Below, piece by piece: positions 51,410 through 62,899 of a stretch of 64,000 nucleotides of DNA. Origin of the DNA: Geosiphon pyriformis uo1. Taxonomy: Eukaryota > Fungi > Glomeromycota. Numbering within the stretch: position 1 is the stretch's first letter; each line of letters opens with the position of its first letter. The stretch covers positions 592,161-656,160 of the forward strand of contig JAAOMT010000034.1 of NCBI GenBank assembly GCA_016748015.1, written 5' to 3'. Made by a program: the position numbers and the translations under genes. The notes beneath the pieces are model-generated. The model worked only from the letters and a program-made list of their open reading frames with translations, had not been told where the DNA came from and made no database searches.

Positions 51410-52836
51410 TTGCTCCAACCAAAGCAATTGAAACAAATGAACATGGGAAACTTAGACCCACTCCAATGTATGCAGCTCAAGATGTTGCTCAACAATTTCA
51501 ATGACATTTTTACCAGCGAAAACAAGTTTGGCCAAACTGACATCATCCAGCATCAAATCAAGACTGAAGATGCAATGTCAATTAAACAAAAAGCATACAG
51601 AGTACCACCAGCTAGCCATGAGATCATTTGTCAAGAGATAAATCAAATGCTTAACAACGGACTAATTCAATCATCAATGAGCCCATGGTTATCACCAGTG
51701 GTACTTATCTGGAAGAAGAATGGAAAAATCCAATTTTGTGTGGACTACAGAAAACTCAATGATGTAACTTGTGGAGACAGCTATCCAACCCCAAGAATAC
51801 AAAAATTGTTCGATGCTTTTGGCAGAAACAAATGGTTCTCAACATTAGACTTAGACAGTGGTTACTGGCAAGTAACCATGGATCTAGCTGACAAGGAGAA
51901 GATGGCATTCACCACTAGAAAAGGGAATTTTGAATTTAAAGTAATGCCTTTCGGCTTAACCAATGCCCCAGCCACTTTCCAATGGCTAATGGAAATTATT
52001 TATACTGGCTTATTGTGAAAATCAGTAGTTGTATACTTGGACGACACCAATGTATTTTCAAAAACATTTAATGATCATCTTCATTATCTTCAACAAGTGT
52101 TCAAAAGGCTAAAAAGAGCAGGACTAAAGTTAAATACAACAAAGTGCTTTTTCGGCAAGATGGAACTAAAATTCTTGGGACACATAGTCAGCAAAGACAG
52201 CATCAAAACGGATCCAGAGAAAATAGAGATAGTAAAAAACTTTCCAGTACCAACCAATATGACTGAATTGAAATCATTCTTGGGATTCACCAGCTATTAT
52301 CGATGCTTTATAAAGAACTTTTCAAAGATAACTCAACCACTCAATAATCTGCAAACCAAGAATACAAAATATGAATGGACAGAAAGTCAACAAGAAGCTT
52401 TTGATATTCTGAAAAAAAAGCTTATTCAAGCTCCAGTACTAATCTACCCAGATCACAACAAACCATTCATTATTATCACCAATGCATCAGGCCAAACATT
52501 GGGAACAGTACTATTTCAGAAAAGACCAGACGGCAGAGAACATCCAGTAGCATATGCCAGCCGAGGTCTAACACCAGCTGAAAAGAACTATGGAACACTA
52601 GAACTAGAACATTTAGCAATCTATTGGGCAGTCATGAAGTGAAACGAATATTTGAGCCAAAAATTTAATATATACATGGATCATAAAGGGTTAACATTAC
52701 TTCAAAAGCAAGAATTTGTTGACAGCTGCCAATTCAGATGGAAAATGGTACTCTCATGATATACTTATACTATACACTATAAGAAAGGAAAAGACAATAG
52801 AAATGCCAACAGTTTGTTGCAATAAGACAAATCTAA
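51410..52836 (+). pseudogene. Reverse transcriptase-RNase H of element B
   Basis: SPVVL, FCVDYRKLN, LDLDSGYWQ, MPFGLTNAPATFQ, YLDD, VAYASR, KNYGTLELEHLAI. Confidence 0.93.
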
Positions 52837-52898
52837 GAACATTTCAACCCAAAAATATAACAAAACCAGAACAATACCAATGAAAAATATAACAAAAG

Positions 52899-54269
52899 AT
52901 GAACATACAAAAATATCAACAACTTCAACATTATATAAACACTCAACAGTTCAAAGAGAATTTATCTTAAATGGAACAAAAGAGTATTAAACAACAGTCA
53001 AAATATTTTATCACTCACCAAAATATACTTTATCGGAAAAATAGAAGAGATTTAGATCAACCAACCAGAGTAATTACAAAGCCAGAAAAAGAGACAATAT
53101 TATTCAACATGCACTCAAATCCAACAGCAGGACACTTTCACAAAGAAGCAACCATAGAAAGAACCAGAAAAAGATACTATTGGCCATCAATATATCCAGA
53201 CATCATCCAATATGTTCAAAATTGTGATGCTTGTTAGTGAAAAGGAGGAACAAGACCCAGTAAACTATTAAGACCAATCAAAGTGGGACAACCATTTGAC
53301 CGTATGGGAATTGATTTAGTCAAACCATTAACAATCACCAGCAGAGAAAACAGATACATAGTAGTAGCCATAAACTATCTTACTAAATGGCCAGAGGCAA
53401 AAGCAATTCAAAGAGTAGATGCAGAATTTATTGCCAAATTTGTTCATCAGGATTTGATTTGTTGACATAGATGTCCAAAAAAATTATTATCAGACCAAAG
53501 AATGCATTTTGTGAACAGAACATTAACAGAATTGAGCCAAAGATTCGGAATTAAGAGACCATTATCATCACCATACCATCTACAAACCAACAGATTAGTC
53601 AAAAAATTCAACAGAACATTGGGTAAAGCAATAGCTAAGCTCAGCCAAAAAAACCAGAACAATTGGGATTTGTTGATATCATCAGTACTATTTGTTTATT
53701 GGACAATGAAGCAAGATACTACACAAGCAACACCATTTGAATTAGTATATAGTAGAACAACAACACTACCAGTGGAAATAAAAGTCAGCACATACCCAAC
53801 TGAACCAATAACAGAAGAGAATTTCAAAAACACATTGTTGAAAAAAACATATGACTTAATGGAAACATTAGAAAACAAATGATGAAAAGCAGCTGATAAC
53901 ATACAAAAGTCATAAGAAAAACAAAAAGAAAGACATAATAACCAACTACCAGATAAACCAGTTGAACTCAAGATTGGAGACAAAGTACTACTACATTATA
54001 TCAAAGCGGAAAAACAATGGAGTGGAAAATTTGATCCCAAATGGAATAGACCATTTCACATAGAAGAAATTCTAGGAAATAGAGCTTAAAAATTAAGATT
54101 AAATAACAAAATCTTGACCAAAGCAGCACATGAAGATTAACTGAAACCATACTACTATATAGCATTATCATCTACCAGTAATATTCCACAACTGGGAGTA
54201 CAGAGAATATTAGTCCAACCAGATGAGATTTTACGAGATCTGGAACTAATTATCATCATTAATAACAAC
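52899..54269 (+). pseudogene. Integrase of element B (own ATG; HHCC, DDE core, GPF/SH3 tail, no chromodomain seen)
   Basis: MHSNPTAGHF...CDAC, GIDLVKPL, TKWPEAKA, LLSDQ, SPYHLQTN, KWNRPFHIEEILGN. Confidence 0.9.
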
Positions 54270-54965
54270 ATGTCCAATTGATTAACAGAAAGAATATATA
54301 AAGGCATGGTTGACACGATGGAAAAATGCAGAAAAATAAAAATTACTGACAACATTTATTTATTAGCACAACAAATCTTTTAATTAATCCAACACCAGAA
54401 GATGGAAATTACAATCAATCAACAAATCATTCAATACAAAAGTACTGCAAGGATACCATAACACAAAGTACAGAGAAAACTCAAAAATGTTGTTGACAAG
54501 ATTATGACCAAGGTAAAATTGGCCATAAAAGAACAATGAATAGTCGGATTATACTAAGAACTTACCAGAGAAACTTGGACTTAGTAGATACAACAATTTC
54601 CGAAAAACTATTGTTATTTTTACTTGGGACAACATGTAAATATCCAGAATTTGTATACCAACAAAACAAAATAGTTATTCGACACAACAATACTGAAACA
54701 ACTGAAACAATTTGTAATCACACAAGCTCGAGCCATTTACTGGCTATATATGAGATTTCAAGACTGACCAGAAATCTTACTCAACACAGCAATGGATACA
54801 GTTATGAGTAATCAATTGGGAAAAATGACCAACGCCCAATTTGAAGAACTACAAACTCAAATAACACAAATAATACTCGAAAAAGAAGTTTAAGAAATAA
54901 TTCAAGAGGAAGAATTAAAAAAGTTAGATTTCGATGGAGCTCAATATTAAAAAGAGAAAATAATG
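54270..54965 (+). pseudogene. Accessory ORF3 of element B (stops and a frameshift)
   Basis: YFYLGQH...ARAIYWLYMRFQD*PEILLN...NQLGKMTNAQFEELQTQITQIIL, homologous to 421-945. Confidence 0.72.
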
Positions 54966-56549
54966 TTACTTATAGAATACAAGAAGTATATTATTATTAG
55001 CAAGTAGATATTAGCCAATCAGAAGTAGACGTAGTAAATGTGGAATTCCAGAATTCCTTTCAGAAAAATTGCAGAATTCCAGGAATTTCAGGATTCTCTG
55101 GTAAAAAATTACAGGATTTCAGAATTTCAGGATTTCTTTCATCAGGAATCGCAGGATTCCAGAAATTCTAAGATTCCTGTTGCAAGGAATTGAAGAATTG
55201 AGGAATTTCAAATATGTATATATAGCAGTAATATTAGAAGCAAAAAGAGGGAAAATCAACACCAAGAATCCTTAGCTTAGTTACTACAATCTTCAAATAA
55301 ATAATTATTTATTATATCAAATTTATTCTTTACTATCAACACTTCATGTTGATAGTAACTGATATTTAACTATACTGGAACAATAGTTTTTGATCATGGC
55401 TATTGATAGGATACTAACTTGCAAATCACTTTGGCTTATTTCTTATTTTCACTTTTATCTTTTTTTTATTTTCTTTGTTGTCTACTAACTTGATTAAAGA
55501 ATTTACTCTTGGAAGACTTATGGAGGAATAAAACTTACTTAAACAATACTTACTCTTGGAGGACTTATAGAGGAATAAACTTGCTTAAACAATACTTACT
55601 CTTGGAGGACTTATGAAGAAACTGATATTAGAAAACAGCACTGGTATACACTTATGAAGGATATTATTGTTACTCATAGAATATAGGAAATATAGTATTA
55701 TTAGTCAGTAGATATTAGCCAATCAGAGGTAGACGTAATAAATGTGGAATTCCAGAATTCCTTTCAGAGGAATTGCAGGATTCTAGGAATTTCAGGATTC
55801 CCTGACAAGGAATTACAGGATTCCAGAATTCCAGGATTCCTCTCATCAGGAATTGCAGGATTCCAGGAATCCCAGGATTCCTGTTGCAAAGAATTGAGGA
55901 ATTGAGGAATCTCAATTATGTATATATAGTAGTAGGATTAGAAGCTGAAAAGACAGACCTCTCAGTTTAGATTTAATCTAAGCAACATCCTAGTTCCCAA
56001 TCATCAAATAAATAATTATTTTATATCTTAACCCACTCTCCACTATCAACACTTCATGTTGATAGTAATTGATACTTAACTATGCTGGAACAATAGCTTT
56101 TGATCACAGCTATTGATAAAATACTAATGTAACAAATTGCCTTGATGTATTTTCTCTATTTTTTTTATTTTATTTTTTCTTTTTTTCTTTGATTTTGTTG
56201 TTGTATACTAATTGATTAAAAAGATTAAGCACTGAGTTATTGACATCAAGGATAGCCTGGTAAAAGACCCAGAAATAAGGATAGGATTTTTATATATTAT
56301 CAGATAGCTTACCAGAAAGACACGACTGCCAGACTAAATCCAGCCACCATGCTGAGAAAAAAATTGGGAAAACTCTTGGAAAGATACATTTACTATTGAC
56401 ACTATTGAATTTCTGTCTATTATACAAAGGACTCCATCAAAATCTTCAGATACAACACTTACAGAACATCATCAACAAAAGTAGCTTTTGAGCACTAAGT
56501 TACAGGTTTGTTATTCAATTCAACAGCAGAAATAATTACCTGTAACATT

Positions 56550-56565
56550 TGGTGCTCCCTGTGAA
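56550..56565 (+). promoter_or_regulatory. Primer-binding site complementary to a tRNA 3' end (...CACAGGGAGCACCA; Ile-UAU or Thr type, undetermined)
   Basis: TGG start 2 nt after the LTR; same motif at 38568 and 44596, degenerate at ~3413 and ~35767. Confidence 0.75.
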
Positions 56566-59500
56566 GTATAATCCTACAGAGAACCAGCACCGACAACACC
56601 AAACCAAAAGTGGCAGAATCAGAAAATATAGAAGCAAACCATTTAGGATTTGCAAAATTCTTATTTCAACACTATTGTCAATACTTGGGATTAAACCACA
56701 ATCATATATTCGCCGAATCAGTCTTCAATTTCTACATCAATGAAAAGATTTCCTCTTTATTAGAAACACCAGTGAATACTAAATCAGCAAAAGAAACTTT
56801 CTATAGGGAATTAATTTAAAACACCAACCTACCAACAAATTATAATTTCGCATTCATTATCACTGAGATCAACAAAGAAATTGAACATTATACTCAACAA
56901 AGATATCCAATTATATACGCTAGTAAAGGCAAGGGAAAATTACAAACACCAGCAGTAACATCCAGAAAAATACAGCCGTCTACTTGGAAGAAAAACAGAA
57001 TTTAATTCCCAAGCAACCCATCCTACCACTATACACCTGGAAGCACTATCAACATATCATCAACAGACACGTTTCCATTAACTGTGACATCAGCATTCGG
57101 ATGATTTTTATTCCAAAGTAGACAAAAGAAAACAGAATTATTAGGACCATATGGCGAATACTTTGAGGGATTTAATTCACAATCATCAACCCCATCAAGA
57201 CTTCGATTACCACCACCTCCACCAGATTTTGGAATCTTTAATCCATGAGAAGCAACAGAATCAGAAAAAGAGAAAGAAGAATCAGAGGATCAAGAATTCA
57301 CTTACCAGAACCTGATCATTGAAAACCTGGAAGTTAAAACCCCGAATTTTCAAACTCAGCAAAATCTAAATCTAGAAAATTCGGAAATCGAAACTCCGAA
57401 TCATCAAAGACAGAACAATTCAAACTCCAAATTAATTAATCAGCAAAACTTACCTCCAGTAATCATCATCAATTAACCACTAATTAATCTCATAGCTGAA
57501 CTCATATAGCAGCCACTTCAACTACCATCCCAACAACCAATACAACAACAACTGTTTTAACAGCCACCACAACCACCTAACTTAGATCCAATGGCTTATG
57601 CACCAATCACAAAACTGGACAACTTTACCAGCGAAGAGGATGACACTCAAGTATGGCTGAATGATGTAGAAAAAGCCATCGCAGCCAATGGATGGAATAA
57701 CACCTAAGCAATACAAGCCATTCCCTACTTTCTCAAGGATACTGCCAATTCATGGTATCAAAACTTGATTAATAAACCACAAGATTTTACTGCCTTCAAA
57801 GCGGAATTCCTAAAATACTTCAGCAACAATAACAGCATCAATCGTCTAGTTAATACATTCACCACCATGAAACAAGGAGAAACTGAAGCAGTCACCACTT
57901 ATCTGGGATGCTTCCATCAAAACCTGCGCCAAATTCAAGCAATTGATGCCAACTATTTCACAGCACCACAGATACTCAACCAGTTTATCTGTGGCCTGCG
58001 CAGCAGCATCTTACAACATGTACATCCATTGTATACAGGCACACTTTAAGACGCAGTCACATGTGCCAGAGATTTTGAATCCGCTCAGTCAGAGGCTAAC
58101 CATGCCCAAGCTGTTAATCTAGTAATAAACGGATCATCTGAATTGGATTCCAAATTGGAGAAGTTCAGTGAATCAATTAATAAGAGATTGGAAGGATACT
58201 TAGCTGACAATTATGCCATTTATTAGCCTCCACAATAATGCAATAATCAAAAAAACTCTACTCATGGCCAAAATCAACCATGTCCATCTTTATCAACCAA
58301 TCAACAATGGCAACAGGAAATGCATATCTGCCACTATTGTGGTAAACAAAGACATATTCAAATTGACTGCTGCCAACATTTAAATAACCAATGATCAGGA
58401 AATCAATATCAAAACCCTGATTGCTGGTTCTCAACTCCGAATTATTGATCAAACTCAACACAATATCAAACTACTTACCTGTCAATGATGCAGCAATCAA
58501 TTTATTAACCACCAGTATATCAAGCTCCAATTTATCAACCAATAGCCCCAATTTATCAGCCACAGCTACAGGTAATGTATTAACCACAACTGCCAACAAT
58601 CTATCAACCCCAAACAATTCAGACCCTGCCACAAAACTTACTGGCCAGCAGAGTCCAAAGGCCGAGAATCACGCAGCAAAACTGGAAATTGTTGATGGTA
58701 GTTTATTAGCTGATCCCCAGCTCCTTCAGTCAAACAGGATCTCGTCAATGGAATTCGGGCACTAGGAATCCCCAAAACCCAAATTTTCAGAACTATTTAA
58801 GTCTTCTGATTATCCCAAAAGACGCCTCACCCAGCAACCAAGAATCTACCCAAAAACAACAAACATGTACTAGCAATATTCCGCCAGCAACAGTCACTAA
58901 TGACAAATCACTGGACGCCATTTTTCTATTTGAACTCGAGGAACCGTCAACCACGCTATTATTTAGTAGAGCCGCACTAAAAGAAAAGCCAATTACTGCC
59001 ATGTACACTGATGTGAAAATTGATGGCCATTACATCAAACTAATTCTTGACAGTGGTTCAGCAGACAGCATCATCACATGACAACTTATGGATCAATTAG
59101 GTCACCGAGTTGATCGAGCTGTTAGCACCAGAATCATCATGGTTGATGGAGCAACCAAGACTCCAATCAGTGAAATCGATGACTTACCAATCAAAATTAA
59201 TGGCATCATAGTACCAATCAAAGTACTTGTTATGGAAGTCATCCAATATCAAGCTCTAGTTGGTAATGACTGGCTGTCTAAGACAAATGCCACTCTGAAC
59301 TGGAATATACAAGAGCTTCAACTTAGCCAGAACGGGTGACACACACAAGTACCAGCCATGTGTGGCCACTTCAAGGCTACTAATATCATGGCACCACTAA
59401 TTGACTTTGAGAAAGAAAAACAAAAACCTATCTGAGAAGCCTACCAAGTGTTGTGGGCTAATGAAGAGCACAATGAGCTGTCACCAATACTTTCTTGGGA

Positions 59501-60611
59501 CAACAACAGGAAAAGAAAGCAAACAAACAAACTTACCTGGGAAACCAACAATCTGACTTGGACCGACAATGAACAAAAAGAAGTCTCCAGTTGGGAATGG
59601 AATAAAGATAAAAGAAAAGAAAAAGAAAAGGAAGAAGGAACGCCACCAACTGCCACCATTTATAATTCCTACACCTACCACACTCCACAATAATCCAATT
59701 ATCAACAGCCAAAGCTCGTATGTGTTGATTGTGGCAAGAAACTGTCATCAATGAGCGCATGCTGTGATGACAATAAAGAATACCACACTGCAACAAAGTT
59801 CTACTGTCATCCATGCTTACTCGAATGCTTTGGACGACCAAAGAGACAAGGGAAATGGGATAACCAATCTTGTCTTGCTTGTGGGGAGACCCTGCTAGAT
59901 GAAGGGATGTAAAATGACATCCCAGAACATAGAGGAACATGTGATGTGTCATGTCAATACACAATTCTAATAAGCAACTGGGTAAAAAAAAGAACACCAA
60001 TAAAAGCAGCCAAAAGAAGAGCCATGCAGTGACTAGACAGTTGTCCACATAATGATGACAAAATTTGGAGAATGGCAATTGGCAAAATGGAAGGAGCAAC
60101 ACCCGAAGAGATCAGAGAAATCAAAAACAACTCACCAGAACTCATCGAGCTTGACTGGAATGCAGAGCCAGTTATAAATTTTCTGGAACCAGAAGAGTTT
60201 CATGAACACTACCAGAACTTGGCACCCACTAGAAAAGAGCAAAAACAATGGCTAGCACAGTTGAATACAAGACTGTGTTGCCATTGTTTAATTCTCAGTG
60301 ACTTTGAATATTGTAACAATTGTGATCTCATTTACAATCCACCATCATGCATGATCTACACAATCCCCGAAGAGAAAGAACCAATCAGCAGCTGTACATC
60401 AGAGTCAGAATTGCCACTCGATCCCGATTCAAATCCTGACAATGATGACGATGAGAATAATGGTTCCAGCTCTATTCAAAATGGCAATAACAATGACAAC
60501 AATATCAACTCAGATTCAAACTCCAACTCAAGCTATGAACAATATATCGCACTTCCTGACCTTACCAAGAAACAAGAACTGAAATGGTTCAGTAATAATA
60601 ATAAAGGTATT

Positions 60612-61001
60612 ATGTCAGAACACGTGCACAATACTGATGCAAGATTTGATCTGAGATATTCAGGAACAGAAGCCATCAAATTGGAACCACAGTCACGCAT
60701 CTGCATTGATCTGAAAGTAGCACTAGAAATTCCAGCAACAACAATAGTTCAATTAGCATTTAGGAATAGTTTAGCAAAAAGAGGAATTAATATAAGAGAA
60801 AGAATAATTGACATGGGATATGTAGGAAATATCATCGCTATGCTACAAAATGACTCAGAAAAGGCCTATATAATAGAGCCCAACAAAAAGATAGCACAGA
60901 CAATATTCCTGCCTCTGGTTAAAGTAACTCAGTTAGTATCAGTAGGAAAGAGGGAGGAATTAGAAATAACAACGAGAGGAATACAGGGATTCGGATCAAC
61001 A
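60612..61001 (+). pseudogene. dUTPase domain of element C
   Basis: ARFDLRY, RNSLAKRGI, IIDMGYVGNI, KIAQ, RGIQGFGST; all five trimeric dUTPase motifs are recognisable. Confidence 0.9.
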
Positions 61002-62899
61002 AATAGAATAGATGTACCAGTTAATATGGCGGAGGAAGAAATTGTTGGCCAAGAAGAAATTATCTCAATTGGTCAAGCTATTTCCATTCCACCATATAAC
61101 CAATACATGCTAGCAATAGAAAGAAAGGAAAAAAACCAAGCACAAATTTTTGAAGCAGAAGCCAGTCTTTGTAAATCAGAAGAAGTTGGACTTATTAATT
61201 TCCACATACCAGCCAAAGATTACAGCCACATCAAAATTCCCATTTACAACAACACAGAAAATGTCATAATAATACCAGCCAGAACCATCATTGGATACTT
61301 AAACACTGAAATAGAAGATCAACCACCAAACCCCATTCCAGACTTTCCATAACTTTGTAAATATGTCGATATCACATCACAAACAATATATGGATGAAGT
61401 AAATATTATTTGCTCCAACCAGAACAATTGGAACAAATGAAGATGGGAAACTTAGATCCACTCCAACATATGCAACTCAAGATGTTGCTCAACCAGTTCA
61501 ATAACATTTTTGCCAGCAAAAATGAGTTTGGCCAAACTGATATCATCCAGCATCAGATCAAGACTGGAGATACAATGCCAATTAAACAAAGAGCATACAG
61601 AGTGCCACCAGCCAGCCACAAGATTATTTGTTAAGAGATAAACCAAATGCTTGACAATGGACTAATTCAGCCATTAATGAGCCCATGGTCATCACCAGTG
61701 GTACTTATCCATAAAAAGAATAAAAAGATCCAATTTTGTGTGGACTACAGAAAACTCAATGGTATAACTTGTGGAGACAGCTATCCAACTCCATGGATAC
61801 AGGAATTATTCAATGCTTTTGGCAGAAACAAATGGTTCTCAATATTAGACTTAAATAGTGGTTACTAGCAAGTAGCCATGGATCTAGCTAACAAAAAGAA
61901 GATGGCATTCACCATGAGAGAAGGAAATTTTGAATTTGAAGTAATGCTATTCAGTTTAACCAATGCACCAGCCACTTTCCAATGGCTAATAGAAATTGTC
62001 TATATTGGCTTATTGTGGAAATCAGTAGTTGTATACTTGGATGACACCAATGTATTCTTAAAAACATTTAATGATCATCTTCATCATATTTAACAAGTGT
62101 TCGAAAGACTAAAAAGAGCAGGACTAAAGTTAAATGCAACAAAGTGCTTTTTTGGCAAAACAGAACTAAAATTTTTGGGACACATAGTTAGCAAAGACAG
62201 CATCAAAACAGATTCAGAGAAAATAGAGATAGTAAAAAACTTTCCAGTGCCAACCAATATGACAGAACTGAAATCATTCTTGGGATTTGCCAGCTACTAT
62301 TAACGTTTTATCAAGAACTTTTCCAAGATAGCGCAGCCATTCAACCAACTGCAAACCAAGAATACAAAATATAAATGGACAGAAAGTCAACAAGAAGCTT
62401 TTGATATTCTGAAAAGAAAACTTATTCAAGCTTCAGTACTGATCTATCCAGATCACAGCAAATCATTTATCATCACCACCGATGCATCTGGCCAAGCATT
62501 GGGAGCAGTATTATCTCAGAGAGGACCAAACAGCAGAAAACATCTAGTAGCATATGTCAGCAAAGGTTTAATACCAGCCGAAAAGAATTATGGAACACTG
62601 GAACAAGAACACTTAGCAATATACTGGTCAGTCATGAAATGAAAAAAATACTTGAGCCAAAAGTTTGAAGTATACACAGATCACAAAGAATTAATATCAC
62701 TCCAAAAACAAGAATTTGGAAATGGAAGACAGTCAAGATGGAAAATGGCACTCATATCATACAATTATACTATACATTACAAAAAAGGAAAAGACAACGG
62801 AAATGCTGACAGTTTGTCGTGAATAAGACAAATCTAAGAATATTTTAACACAAAAATATAACAAAACCAAAACAATACCAACAAAAAATATAACAAAAG

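Larger units (their letters stand above)
43713..55667 (+). mobile_element. Family-3 dUTPase-Gypsy element B, complete up to its interrupted 3' LTR
   Basis: 5' LTR 43713-44593, PBS 44596, gag, PR (LILDNGS), dUTPase ~50624-51012, RT (YLDD at ~52034), RNase H, integrase from ATG 52899, ORF3, PPT aaaaagagaaaa, and 3' LTR from 54964 cut at 55667. Confidence 0.93.

Noticed and set aside
56343-56399. Perfect Kozak GCCACCATG in the LTR as gag start
   Set aside because: It opens only a 16-codon ORF and is AAG rather than ATG in other LTR copies.
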